Below, in pieces: positions 8,648-17,119 of a stretch of DNA of 32,000 nucleotides; within the stretch, counting starts at the first letter, position 1; each line of letters begins with the position of its first letter. Both the position numbers and the translations under genes were made by a program. Under the pieces are notes generated by a model. It saw nothing but the letters and a program-made list of their open reading frames with translations. It was not told the DNA's origin and made no database searches. Source of the DNA: Bdellovibrionales bacterium (GTDB lineage Bacteria > Bdellovibrionota > Bdellovibrionia > Bdellovibrionales > UBA1609); the NCBI GenBank assembly GCA_965247685.1, contig OZ252021.1, positions 390,001 through 422,000 of the forward strand. The letters run 5' to 3'.

Positions 8648-8674
8648 GGAGAACGAAAGTTCTCCCTTTTTTTT
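8648..8674. terminator. Bidirectional intrinsic terminator between the convergent SIR2 and COG2865 genes
   Basis: The stem ggagaac (8648-8654) / gttctcc (8659-8665) has a GAAA loop. It is preceded by AAAAA and followed by a T8 run, so it has the form of a terminator on both strands. Confidence 0.7.
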
Positions 8675-8718
8675 AACTACTCTAAATGAGATTTACCATA
8701 AGGAACATTGATTAGTAT

Positions 8719-8959
8719 AAAGTGGCAGTATAAAGCTACTAAAGTGGCAGTATAAAGCTACCAAAGTGGCAGTATAAAGCTACCAAAGTGGCAGTATAAA
8801 ACTACTAAAATACAGTATAAAGCTATCAAAGTGGCAGTATAAAGCTATCAAAGTGGCAGTATAAAGCTACTAAAGTGGCAGTATAAAGCTACCAAAGTGG
8901 CAGTATAAAGCTACCAAAGTGGCAGTATAAAGCTACCAAAGTGGCAGTATAAAACTACT
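8719..8959. repeat. Tandem array of 11 x 22-bp direct repeats (iteron-like), no spacers
   Basis: The unit is aaagtggcagtataaagctacY. Units start at 8719, 8741, 8763, 8785, 8807 (21 bp, degenerate: aaaatacag...), 8828, 8850, 8872, 8894, 8916 and 8938. Variation is limited to the last 3-6 positions (ctact/ctacc/ctatc/aaactact). The last unit overlaps the stop codon of the 8958-10418 gene. Confidence 0.95.
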
Positions 8960-10418
8960 ACTTTATAGATTCTTTTAATACCTTATATCTCTCAGTAATT
9001 TTGTATTTCCCAGTTTTCTTTGAGCCTTCAAATGATACGAGTTTATTTTCTTTTAAAGTAATTATGTTTCTATCTAAAGTTCTTAAGGGCATATTGTACT
9101 TTTTAGAGAAAAACAGTCTGGAAAAATTATTATTTTCTATATGATGTAATATCTGTAACAGTTCATTTATTTTTATTTCTTTTTTCACAGCAAGGATTTC
9201 ACTTAGCTTCTTCGTGAGATTCTCCATAGCTACTACCTCAGGTGCTTTAATAATATGTCCTCCTGGAAGGGGTTTTCTATAAAATATTAGTGTTGTAAAT
9301 TTAGTAAATTCAAAATTGATAGGTTTCAGTCCTGCTTTTGCGACTAAATTTTTCATTTTCTTTATTCCTGTTCCCATTTTTTCAATATATCCTGCTCTTA
9401 ACATAAGCTGAGCAATAAGTGGATTTCTAGCAGAACTTCTCTTCCCAAGTTCTGATATCTTTAAATCCTTTGGAAGTGCTCCAAAATTATATATTTCTAC
9501 TCTATCATCGAAAATTTCAACTGTCACAGATATACCTTTCTCTAAATACTTTCTATGAGTTACGGCGTTGATTAAAGCTTCTCGTAATGCATCTTCTGGT
9601 ATTTCTAAAATCTCTTCTCTATACAACTGTCCTTTAGGAAGGACATATTCTAAGCGCAAGTGTTTTTTTAAAAAATCTACTGAATCTTCAACGTTATTGA
9701 TTATATCCTTGTTGAATATTTTTCTATCAATCACATGAATTTTTTCTGTTCCCTTAAAAAGAGCACAAGATACTGCTGCTTGTGGAAAAATACTTTCTAA
9801 ATTTTTAGAGAAAAATAAAACTCCTGTATTATTAAAAACAATTTTTGAGCCTTCTCTTTTTGCAATACTGAGATTTTCTAATAGTTGAATATAGTTGCTT
9901 CTACTGTATTGTACTTCACTTCTATCCATAAAATAAAATAACTTTTCTTTATCAAAATCTTTTTTGAAATTAAATTTTTTACAAATAACTTCATCAAATT
10001 TTAGACGATCTTCAGTTTCTAAAAATTCTATAATCTCATCTCGACTAAGTTTTTTTGAAGACGCTCCATCCCGCACATAGAAACCTGAAGAACATTTATG
10101 AGGTTTATTATCACTTTCTTGAACTTTAACTATTAAAACTTTTTCTTTTTTTATTTCCTGGAGTGAAATGGACAAGTTGGGATCACAATTATTAGCAATG
10201 TCCTTTATTTGACTTTTTAATCTGTTTGTAATATTATTTGCATCTTTTACTTCACCATCATCTGTAATACCAATGTAAATTTGCCCGCCAGAAGCATTGG
10301 CGAAAGCAACCATTTCTTTACCAAGATTGCTATATACTTGTTCCTTGAATTCAGTTTTATAGTCCTCCCCTTTTTTAAGGATAGATTCAAGGTCTCGCGA
10401 AGAAGTAAACTTTGCCAT
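8958..10418 (-). CDS. AlbA_2 (Schlafen-like, 'divergent AAA') + HATPase_c_4 + C-terminal wHTH protein (COG2865 family putative regulator)
   Basis: The N-terminus, ...GEDYKTEFKEQV...EMVAFANASGGQIYIGITDDGEV, matches the AlbA_2 signature. The central REALINAVTHRKY...VEIFDDRVEIYNFG matches the HATPase_c_4 block. The C-terminal ~80 aa are HTH-like. Confidence 0.75.
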   Translation of the reverse strand: MAKFTSSRDLESILKKGEDYKTEFKEQVYSNLGKEMVAFANASGGQIYIGITDDGEVKDANNITNRLKSQIKDIANNCDPNLSISLQEIKKEKVLIVKVQESDNKPHKCSSGFYVRDGASSKKLSRDEIIEFLETEDRLKFDEVICKKFNFKKDFDKEKLFYFMDRSEVQYSRSNYIQLLENLSIAKREGSKIVFNNTGVLFFSKNLESIFPQAAVSCALFKGTEKIHVIDRKIFNKDIINNVEDSVDFLKKHLRLEYVLPKGQLYREEILEIPEDALREALINAVTHRKYLEKGISVTVEIFDDRVEIYNFGALPKDLKISELGKRSSARNPLIAQLMLRAGYIEKMGTGIKKMKNLVAKAGLKPINFEFTKFTTLIFYRKPLPGGHIIKAPEVVAMENLTKKLSEILAVKKEIKINELLQILHHIENNNFSRLFFSKKYNMPLRTLDRNIITLKENKLVSFEGSKKTGKYKITERYKVLKESIK

Positions 10419-10426
10419 TTATATAC

Positions 10427-10666
10427 TTAGTGTTCTTTGTCTTTTATAGAAATAGGATCATTGCCATGTGAATCTTTAGAACGAAATCTCCCAGGTATAC
10501 CATGGGTTATCAATTCTGTATGTGCTTTTTTAGCAATACTCTTACCAGCTTGTTCTGCTAATTTTTGAGTATTATGCGTCGATACCACTTCACCACATTG
10601 TGTAACTTTCCATTTTCTTCCACTACCCTTATTAAGGGATACATGAATTGGTTTCTTTCTTAGCAT
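10427..10666 (-). CDS. DUF2188 family small protein
   Basis: ...GRKWKVTQCGEVVSTHNTQKLAEQAGKSIAKKAHTELITHGIPGRFRSKDSHGNDP matches the DUF2188 pattern (W.V...G......T..EA...A...A.....EL.IHG.DG.I....S.GNDP). The gene ends 8 nt upstream of the COG2865 gene, so they are probably co-transcribed. Confidence 0.7.
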   Translation of the reverse strand: MLRKKPIHVSLNKGSGRKWKVTQCGEVVSTHNTQKLAEQAGKSIAKKAHTELITHGIPGRFRSKDSHGNDPISIKDKEH

Positions 10667-10690
10667 TATTTTTCCTTATTTAAGGGCATA

Positions 10691-10718
10691 AGTATATGAC
10701 TTTTAAATACGAAATCAA
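10691..10718 (-). promoter_or_regulatory. Sigma70-like promoter for the DUF2188-COG2865 operon
   Basis: On the minus strand: TTGATT (10718-10713), a 16-nt spacer, then TATACT (10696-10691). This lies about 25 nt upstream of the ATG at 10666, with an AAGGA RBS. Confidence 0.4.
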
Positions 10719-10832
10719 GAAATATAATAGAAAAAGATACTACCGATGGAAAGTTTTTTTGTGAGAACTTATCTCCTTATTTTTACTTTCTATCAAAAAA
10801 ATCTCCCTACTACTAAGGTGAACAAATTTATA

Positions 10833-10862
10833 TTGACAACATAATGCGTTAAAAACTAGTAT
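10833..10862 (+). promoter_or_regulatory. Sigma70-like promoter for the 484-aa gene
   Basis: TTGACA (10833-10838), an 18-nt spacer, then TAGTAT (10857-10862). An AGGAG RBS sits 7 nt before the ATG at 10949. AT-rich DNA produces many such matches by chance. Confidence 0.35.
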
Positions 10863-10948
10863 AACATATTGATTTCACTGAATATTTTTTTATACTAAAT
10901 TAGTATATAGTAATTGTTTTAACTATAAATATAGGAGAATGACATTTT

Positions 10949-12403
10949 ATGAAACGATCTATCTCTAACAACGAAAAGATTGTAAAAATTTTAAAACAAA
11001 AAGGCCCATTACTTTCAGATGAAATTATACAAAAACTCTGTTCCAAACACAATCTAACAAAAGGAGCTGCCATAAAAGCTTTATCTAGAGCATCTGATCC
11101 TATTAAAAAAATAGATAAGATTAGATTACGAAGTCAAAAATTCTTTTACCTAAATAAATTAGATTATGAAGTAAAAAATACACTATATAAATACTGCAAT
11201 AAATATAATACTGCTGAGGGACTTATTTTAAATGCATTAATGACTCGAGATGGAATATGTTTAGCAAAGTATCTTCCTATTATCTCAGGGCTTCCTGTTG
11301 ACAAAATTAGTAAACAAAAACCCTTTAAAGATGTACTTTCAGGCTTAGAAGAAATTGATATGATACAGAAGCACAAAGATGAAGATTTTTCAGAAGACTT
11401 TTATTATTTATTTAACAAAAAAAACAGTAATTATTCAAAATCAAAATTTTTTCTTTTATTAGAAGATAAAATTTTGGAACAATTAAAAATTTTATTTATA
11501 AAATTGAATTTCACTTCTACAAACAAGGTTAAAATTCGATGTGAAAATGATATTCCTAATTATGGAAGTTTTAACTGGAGTTTAGTTGGCCCATGTTATC
11601 TGGATGGAATTATGGTAGGAAAGAACCCTGGATTTCTTTGTTGTGATATTTTTTTAGGAGGAAGATTGAACACAGACAATATAAAACCTATTTTAAGAAA
11701 ATATAAAACTTCTAAGTTTCAGAAAAGAAATACGAGAATGATACCAGCTATTTTTTTTCAAAGTATGACGAAACCTCTGCTGAATGAATTGAGAGGAAAA
11801 GGGTTTCTGACTATTTCGACAAAAACATTTGGAGGAGATGAATTATTAAAGTGTTTAGAAGAATTAGTTAGATTATATACTAAAATACATAGGAGAGATA
11901 TAGGTCAAGAAACTAGTAAAATTATAAAAAAATATTTTGATCTCAAATTTGGTAAAGATAACAATATTAAAGGTTATTTATTTAATTTTATTGCAAAGAG
12001 CATATTTGATCTTCAATACACAAACGTTGAAATGAGCAAGAAAATCCAATATAACAATCAACCAAAAGAAATAGATGTTTACTTTGAGGATGAATATTTT
12101 CGATATATCGTAGAGTGTAAAGCATGGGCTAACTTCAAAAATAAAGAGACTGAAATTGAAGATTGGCTAGAGAACAAATATACATTTTTTAAAAAATGGA
12201 ATAATGATAACAACCCACAAAAAGAATTAAAAATTTATTTCATCGTATCCCTGAAAAATTCAGAAGAAATAAGTAAAATAAGTAAAAAGTTCAAGGATTA
12301 CCATTTAGTAACATTTTATGATCAAACATTTTTATATGACATTGCAAATGATTACAATCAAACAGAAACAAAGTCTGCTTTAAGATATTTCTTAGACACA
12401 TAG
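10949..12403 (+). CDS. Hypothetical protein with an N-terminal HTH-like region and a C-terminal PD-(D/E)xK (Mrr/restriction-endonuclease-like) motif
   Basis: KGYLFNFIAKSIFDLQYTNV...KEIDVYFEDEYFRYIVECKAW (D376, E389, K391; nt 12074-12121) has the helix - D - hydrophobic strand - ExK layout of Mrr_cat-type nucleases. The N-terminal ~60 aa (IVKILKQKGPLLSDEIIQKL...) look wHTH-like. Confidence 0.45.
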   Translation: MKRSISNNEKIVKILKQKGPLLSDEIIQKLCSKHNLTKGAAIKALSRASDPIKKIDKIRLRSQKFFYLNKLDYEVKNTLYKYCNKYNTAEGLILNALMTRDGICLAKYLPIISGLPVDKISKQKPFKDVLSGLEEIDMIQKHKDEDFSEDFYYLFNKKNSNYSKSKFFLLLEDKILEQLKILFIKLNFTSTNKVKIRCENDIPNYGSFNWSLVGPCYLDGIMVGKNPGFLCCDIFLGGRLNTDNIKPILRKYKTSKFQKRNTRMIPAIFFQSMTKPLLNELRGKGFLTISTKTFGGDELLKCLEELVRLYTKIHRRDIGQETSKIIKKYFDLKFGKDNNIKGYLFNFIAKSIFDLQYTNVEMSKKIQYNNQPKEIDVYFEDEYFRYIVECKAWANFKNKETEIEDWLENKYTFFKKWNNDNNPQKELKIYFIVSLKNSEEISKISKKFKDYHLVTFYDQTFLYDIANDYNQTETKSALRYFLDT

Positions 12404-12710
12404 GTATTTAAATCTTTTCTATTTACGCACACAAGATTTTCCTCTGTTGCCAGTCGTTCGGTGATCTTTCTTAGACAAGATCAAGATACATAAAAACCCT
12501 ACATGAGTCCCTTATTCTCAAGTCTCTCTATCGATAGTCATTCCAGATACTTTGTACACCAAAAATCACCTCATCAACTGCAGAAAAAGGAGCAATAATA
12601 AAGAGATATTATGTCCATCAACAAGTTTTTTGTGAAGAAAACAAAATTGAAGAATCGGACAAAGAAGAAGATACCTCTCTTAAAGTATTTTGCGACTCTT
12701 AATACACTTA

Positions 12711-12856
12711 AAATTATAAAAAACTTTAGGATAAAATAGAGAATCAATTAAAGAGTATTAGATGAGCTTAAAAAAAGAAAAACTCTTTAGAGAAGATATT
12801 TCCTCTTTAAAAAGAAGAACATAGAAAAAATTCGGATTACCTATAAAACAATATCT
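12711..12856. repeat. Sel1 cassette 3'-flank repeat (partner 16940-17086; shortened version at 15685-15749)
   Basis: aaattataaaaaactttaggataaaatagagaat...ctctttagagaagatatttcctctttaaaaagaagaacatagaaaaaattcggattacctataaaacaatatc aligns by eye with 16940-17086 with scattered substitutions. Confidence 0.85.
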
Positions 12857-14794
12857 TTATTTTTGGATTTTAAATTGACTGGCTAATCTTTGTGCTTCTG
12901 TAATTTGATCCTTTGTCATTCGATTCTCTAGTGTATTCAACAGTTGATTTATCGCCTTTTTAGGTTCGTTTTTCCGAACCCGAGCTTTACTTAAAATCAA
13001 CCACTTATAAGCTTGAATATCATTCTTCACTACTCCTTTGCCGTAGTGATACATCAAAACAAGGTTAAGTTGAGCAGGCGCATTTTCTTGCTGGGCTGAC
13101 TTCTCATACCAGTAAAACGCTTTCTTATAATTCTTTTTTATTCCTTCACCGTTGTAATACATCGAACCAAGATTATTTTGAGCTCTCGCATCTCCTTGCT
13201 GGGCTGACTTCTCATACCAATAAAAAGATTTTTTATAATTCTTTTCTACTCCTTCACCTTGCTCATACATTAAACCAAGTTCATATTGAGCTTCCGCATG
13301 CCCTTGCTGAGCTGACTTTTCAAACCAATAAAACGCTTGCTTATAATTCTTTGTTACTCCTTCACCTTTGTAATACATTAAACCAAGGTCAAATTGAGCA
13401 CCCACATATCCTTGCTGGGCTGACTTTTCATACCAGTAAAACGCTTTCTTATAATTCTTTGTTACTCCGTCACCTTGCTCATACATGAAACCAAGGTTAT
13501 TTTGAGCACCCGCATATCCTTGTTGGGCTGACTTTTCAAACCAATAAAACGCTTTTTTATAGTCCTTTTTTACTCCTTCACCTTTGTAATACATCAAACC
13601 AAGTTCAAATTGAGCTTCCGTATATCCTTGCTGGGATGACTTTTCATACCAATAAAACGCTTGCTTATAATTCTTTGTTACTCCTTCACCTCCCGCATAC
13701 ATCACACCAAGGTTATATTGAGCGAGCGTATATCCTTGCTGTGCTGACTTTTCATACCAATAAAGAGCCTGTTTATAATTCTTTGTTACTCCTTCACCAG
13801 AGTAATACATCGAACCAAGGTTATTTTGAGCACCCACATATCCTTGCTGGGCTGACTTTTCAAACCAATAGATTGCTTGCTTATAATTCTTTGTTACTCC
13901 TTCACCAGAGTAATACATCCTACCAAGGTTATCTTGAGCGAGCGCTTCTCCTTGCTGGGCTGACTTTTCAAACCAATAGATTGCTTGCTTATAATTCTTT
14001 GTTACTCCTTCACCTTTCTTATACATCATACCAAGGTTATTTTGAGCTATCTCTTGTCCTTGCTGGGCTGCCTTTTTATACAAATTAAATGCTTTTTTAT
14101 AGTCCTTTTTTACTCCTTCACCTCTATAATACATCACACCAAGGTTATATTGAGCTTCCGCTTGTCCTTGCTGGGCTGACTTTTCAAACCAATAAAGAAC
14201 CTTTTTATAATTCTTTGTTACTCCTTCACCAGAGTAATACATCGAACCAAGGTTATATTGAGCTCTCGCATATCCTTGCTGGGCTGACTTTTCATACCAA
14301 TAAAACGCTTGCTTATAATTCTTTTTTATTCCTTCACCTCCCGCATACATCAAACCAAGGTTATATTGAGCTTCCGCATCTCCTTGCTGGGCTGACTTTT
14401 CATTCCAATAAAACGCTTTCTTATAATTCCTTACTACTCCTTCACCTTTCTTATACATCAAACTAAGATTATTTTGAGCACTCGCATCTCCTTGCTGGGC
14501 TGACTTTTCAAGCCAATAGATTGCTTTCTTATAATTCTTTGTTACTCCTTCACCAGAGTAATACATCACACCAAGGCTAAATTGAGCGCCCGCAGTTCCT
14601 TGCTGGGCTGACTTCTCAAGCCAATAAAACGCTTTCTTATAATTCTTCGTTACTCCTTCACCGTTGTAATACATCAAACCAAGTTTAAATTGAGCTGCCG
14701 CATTTCCTTGCTGGGCTAACTTTTCAGTGGGCTTATATTGAGCAAGTGAAAAACTTTGAAATATTAATAAAAAGATTATGATTAATTTTTTCAT
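12857..14794 (-). CDS. Secreted Sel1-like repeat protein, about 16 repeats
   Basis: The signal peptide MKKLIIIFLLIFQSFSLAQ is the same as in the other two paralogs, and the C-terminal tail (...IQAYKWLILSKARVRKNEPKKAINQLLNTLENRMTKDQITEAQRLASQFKIQK) is near-identical to that of paralog 1 and related to that of paralog 3. I place the start at the ATG at 14794 (paralog-consistent), not at the TTG at 14854 given by the ORF track. Confidence 0.9.
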   Translation of the reverse strand: MKKLIIIFLLIFQSFSLAQYKPTEKLAQQGNAAAQFKLGLMYYNGEGVTKNYKKAFYWLEKSAQQGTAGAQFSLGVMYYSGEGVTKNYKKAIYWLEKSAQQGDASAQNNLSLMYKKGEGVVRNYKKAFYWNEKSAQQGDAEAQYNLGLMYAGGEGIKKNYKQAFYWYEKSAQQGYARAQYNLGSMYYSGEGVTKNYKKVLYWFEKSAQQGQAEAQYNLGVMYYRGEGVKKDYKKAFNLYKKAAQQGQEIAQNNLGMMYKKGEGVTKNYKQAIYWFEKSAQQGEALAQDNLGRMYYSGEGVTKNYKQAIYWFEKSAQQGYVGAQNNLGSMYYSGEGVTKNYKQALYWYEKSAQQGYTLAQYNLGVMYAGGEGVTKNYKQAFYWYEKSSQQGYTEAQFELGLMYYKGEGVKKDYKKAFYWFEKSAQQGYAGAQNNLGFMYEQGDGVTKNYKKAFYWYEKSAQQGYVGAQFDLGLMYYKGEGVTKNYKQAFYWFEKSAQQGHAEAQYELGLMYEQGEGVEKNYKKSFYWYEKSAQQGDARAQNNLGSMYYNGEGIKKNYKKAFYWYEKSAQQENAPAQLNLVLMYHYGKGVVKNDIQAYKWLILSKARVRKNEPKKAINQLLNTLENRMTKDQITEAQRLASQFKIQK

Positions 14795-15050
14795 ACTAAG
14801 TTTTATCTTAAAATAAATGTTACTTATAATATGTTTTATATTTAAAAATACCAATCTTTTCTCTTTTTATAAAACTCTGAGTCAATTTTTCTATCTTAGT
14901 AAATATAACAACTATTTTTCCCTTACTATTTCTTATATTAAAACCAGATCAAAGCCTACTAGATTTACCTTCAATAGTCAATATACCCTAAGGAAAGAAG
15001 AAAAAAATTAAATATACTTGTACAAGAATCTACGACGGAAAATAATAATT
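14795..15050. repeat. Sel1 cassette 5'-flank repeat (partner 16626-16890)
   Basis: About 256 bp immediately upstream of the Sel1 #2 start aligns with the region upstream of Sel1 #3. Both end in ctacgacggaaa(a/g)taat(a/c)att. There are scattered substitutions and small indels. Confidence 0.85.
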
Positions 15051-15254
15051 ATCCCGTAAAGAATGGAAGGATAATGAGAGACTAATATTAACTGATAGAA
15101 TAACTGGAGAGCATTCTATTTTCAATTTTCGAACTAAAGCAAAAAATAAACAAAACTATAAGTTTGGGTGGAACGTTATCATTTTGAACGTTATACTTCG
15201 ATTTTTCATCAAGAATTGCTAAAGATTTCTAGCCTAAAGCCCGATGAAATACAA

Positions 15255-15614
15255 ATGAGATCATTTATTAAATTATTTTTTTCAGCTCAAGGTAGGATAA
15301 ACAGAAGAAAGTATTTCTTTTTGACATTGCTACTAAGCTCAATAGTTCCACTAATTTCTATGATAGATTCAGAAAGTACACCTTTATTTTTAGGTTTATT
15401 GTTCTTGCTGCTTTCGTATTCAGCTTTTTGTTTCCACATCAAAAGACTTCATGATTTCGGATTTTCAGGTTGGTGGACTTTAGCTATTCCCACTATGATT
15501 TTTGGTTTATTCTTGCTTCTAAAAAAAGGAACTGAAGGGGTAAATAAATATGGAGAAGATCCTTTAGCTCCAAAAAATTCAGAGGAATTATCTGAAATAA
15601 AAATGGCTAGCTAA
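15255..15614 (+). CDS. DUF805 family inner-membrane protein (YhaH/YhaI-like)
   Basis: MRSFIKLFFSAQGRINRRKYFF...HIKRLHDFGFSGWWTL...GVNKYGEDP matches the DUF805 pattern (GRisRreYW ... RRLHD.g.SGWW ... N.YG.dP). I prefer the ATG at 15255 over the GTG at 15168 used by the ORF track. Confidence 0.8.
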   Translation: MRSFIKLFFSAQGRINRRKYFFLTLLLSSIVPLISMIDSESTPLFLGLLFLLLSYSAFCFHIKRLHDFGFSGWWTLAIPTMIFGLFLLLKKGTEGVNKYGEDPLAPKNSEELSEIKMAS

Positions 15615-15749
15615 TTATCTGTGCTATGAAGCAAATAACTCAAAGCACATAATTCTAAATTCATTTGACGGAAAATAATAATTAAAAATGACAATATAAA
15701 AAGATATGTCCTCTTTACAAAAGAAGAACATAGAAAAAATTCGAATTAC

Positions 15750-16625
15750 CTATAAAACAATATCTTTCTTTGTGGATTTTATAAATTGCCTGATCAATCT
15801 TTGTGCTTCCGCAATTTGATTCTTTGTCATTTGATTCTCTAGTGTATTCAACAATTGATTTATCGCTTCTTTAGATTCGTGTTTCCGAATTTTACCTAAA
15901 ATCAACCATTTATAAGCTTGAATATAATTCTTTTTCACTCCTCTTCCCATGAAATACATCACACCAATAGTAAATTGAGCATATATATGTCCTAGCTGTG
16001 CTGACTTCTTAAGCCAATAAAAAGCCTGTTTGTAATTCTTTACTACTCCTACACCGTTGTAATACATTTCACCAAGAGTAAATTGAGCCTTCGAAACTCC
16101 TTGCTGGGCTGACTTCTTATACCAATAAAACGCTTGCTTATAATTCTTTACTAAGCCTTCACCTCTATAATGCATCAAACCAAGTTTAAATTGAGCATCT
16201 GCATATCCTTGCTGGGCTGACTTTTTATACCAATCAAAAGCCTGTTTGTAACTCTTTACCACTCCTCCTTTTCCATATTGATACATCCAACCAAGATTAT
16301 ATTGAGCTTCCGTATTTCCCTGCTGTGCTGATTTTTCAAACCAATAGATTGCTTTCTCATAATTCCTTACTACTCCTTTTCCATCGTAATACCTGTCACC
16401 AAGTATATTTTGAGCTCTCGCATATCCTTGCTGGGCTGACTTTTCATACCAATCAAAAGCTTTCTTATAATCCCTTACTACTCCTCCTTCACCTTTCTCA
16501 TGCATCATACCAAGGTTAAGTTGAGCCTTTGCATCTCCTTGCTGGGCTAATTTTTTAATAAGCTCATTTTGAGCAAGTGAAAAACTTTGAAATATTAATA
16601 AAAAGATTATGATTAATTTTTTCAT
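15750..16625 (-). CDS. Secreted Sel1-like repeat protein, about 6 repeats
   Basis: It has the same signal peptide, MKKLIIIFLLIFQSFSLAQNELIKKLAQQGDA. The Sel1 units are more diverged (some with a GG insertion), and the tail is related (IQAYKWLILGK...QMTKNQIAEAQRL). The start is taken at the paralog-consistent ATG at 16625. Confidence 0.9.
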   Translation of the reverse strand: MKKLIIIFLLIFQSFSLAQNELIKKLAQQGDAKAQLNLGMMHEKGEGGVVRDYKKAFDWYEKSAQQGYARAQNILGDRYYDGKGVVRNYEKAIYWFEKSAQQGNTEAQYNLGWMYQYGKGGVVKSYKQAFDWYKKSAQQGYADAQFKLGLMHYRGEGLVKNYKQAFYWYKKSAQQGVSKAQFTLGEMYYNGVGVVKNYKQAFYWLKKSAQLGHIYAQFTIGVMYFMGRGVKKNYIQAYKWLILGKIRKHESKEAINQLLNTLENQMTKNQIAEAQRLIRQFIKSTKKDIVL

Positions 16626-16890
16626 ACTAAGTTTTATCTTAAAATAAATGTTACTCATAATTACTTACAATATGTTTTATATTTAAAAATACCGACCTTT
16701 TCTCTTTTTATAAAACTCTGATTCAATTCTTTCTGTCCTAACAAATATAACAACTGTTTTTTTTTACTATTTATTATAGTAATACCTAGGTCAAGTTTAC
16801 TAGATTTACCTTAAATAGTCAATATATTCTAAGGAAAGAAGAAAAAATTAAATGTACTTGTACGAGAACCTACGACGGAAAGTAATCATT
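16626..16890. repeat. Sel1 cassette 5'-flank repeat (partner 14795-15050)
   Basis: See 14795-15050. This copy continues directly into the 3'-flank repeat with no DUF805 insert. Confidence 0.85.
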
Positions 16891-16939
16891 AAAAATAACA
16901 ATATAAAAAGATATTAATTCTCATGTATCTTAATTTAGT

Positions 16940-17086
16940 AAATTATAAAAAACTTTAAGATAAAATAGAGAATAAATTAAAGAGTATTAAGATGAACTTA
17001 AAAAAAGAAAAACTCTTTAGAAAAGATATTCCCTCTTTACAAAGCAGAACATAGAAAAGATTCAGATTACTTATAAAATAATATCT
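16940..17086. repeat. Sel1 cassette 3'-flank repeat (partner 12711-12856)
   Basis: Aligns by eye with 12711-12856. It is followed by the Sel1 3' stub at 17087-17119. Confidence 0.85.
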
Positions 17087-17119
17087 TTATTTTTGGACTT
17101 TAAATTGGCTGACTAATTT
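17087..17119 (-). pseudogene. Stub of the last 10 codons of a Sel1-family gene
   Basis: The minus strand reads K L V S Q F K V Q K stop, against RLASQFKIQK stop in the intact paralogs. Homology ends abruptly at 17120, where the ssrA-flanking hairpin starts. Confidence 0.7.

Noticed and set aside
8719-8959. The regular short repeats could be read as a CRISPR array.
   Set aside because: The units are directly adjacent, with a 22-bp period and no unique spacers. The unit has no palindromic core and there are no cas genes. It is a tandem repeat or iteron array, not CRISPR.
12611-12739. A 42-aa Lys-rich ORF (MSINKFFVKKTKLKNRTKKK...) downstream of the 484-aa gene.
   Set aside because: It is short, the nearest AGGAG is about 20 nt away (too far), and the ORF runs into the duplicated Sel1 3' flank. 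There is no supporting evidence.
12965-12982. The hairpin ggttcg-tttttc-cgaacc, present in both Sel1 #1 and Sel1 #2.
   Set aside because: It lies inside the conserved C-terminal coding region (RKNEPKK), has a short 6-bp stem, and is conserved because the coding sequence is duplicated. It is not an independent element.
14795-14854. N-terminal extensions of ORF-track calls: TTG at 14854 for Sel1 #2, ATG at 16658 for Sel1 #3, GTG at 15168 for DUF805 and ATG at 21669 for the M23 peptidase.
   Set aside because: The paralog alignment places the signal peptide MKKLIII at the true N-terminus. DUF805 proteins start close to the GR.sR motif. The M23 internal ATG at 21612 has a GAGGTG RBS. The extensions add non-conserved residues in front of signal or TM segments.
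14817-15011. A 64-aa plus-strand ORF in the Sel1 #2 upstream region.
   Set aside because: It lies in the duplicated non-coding 5' flank. The paralogous copy (16626-16890) has indels that break the frame, and the peptide is low-complexity.
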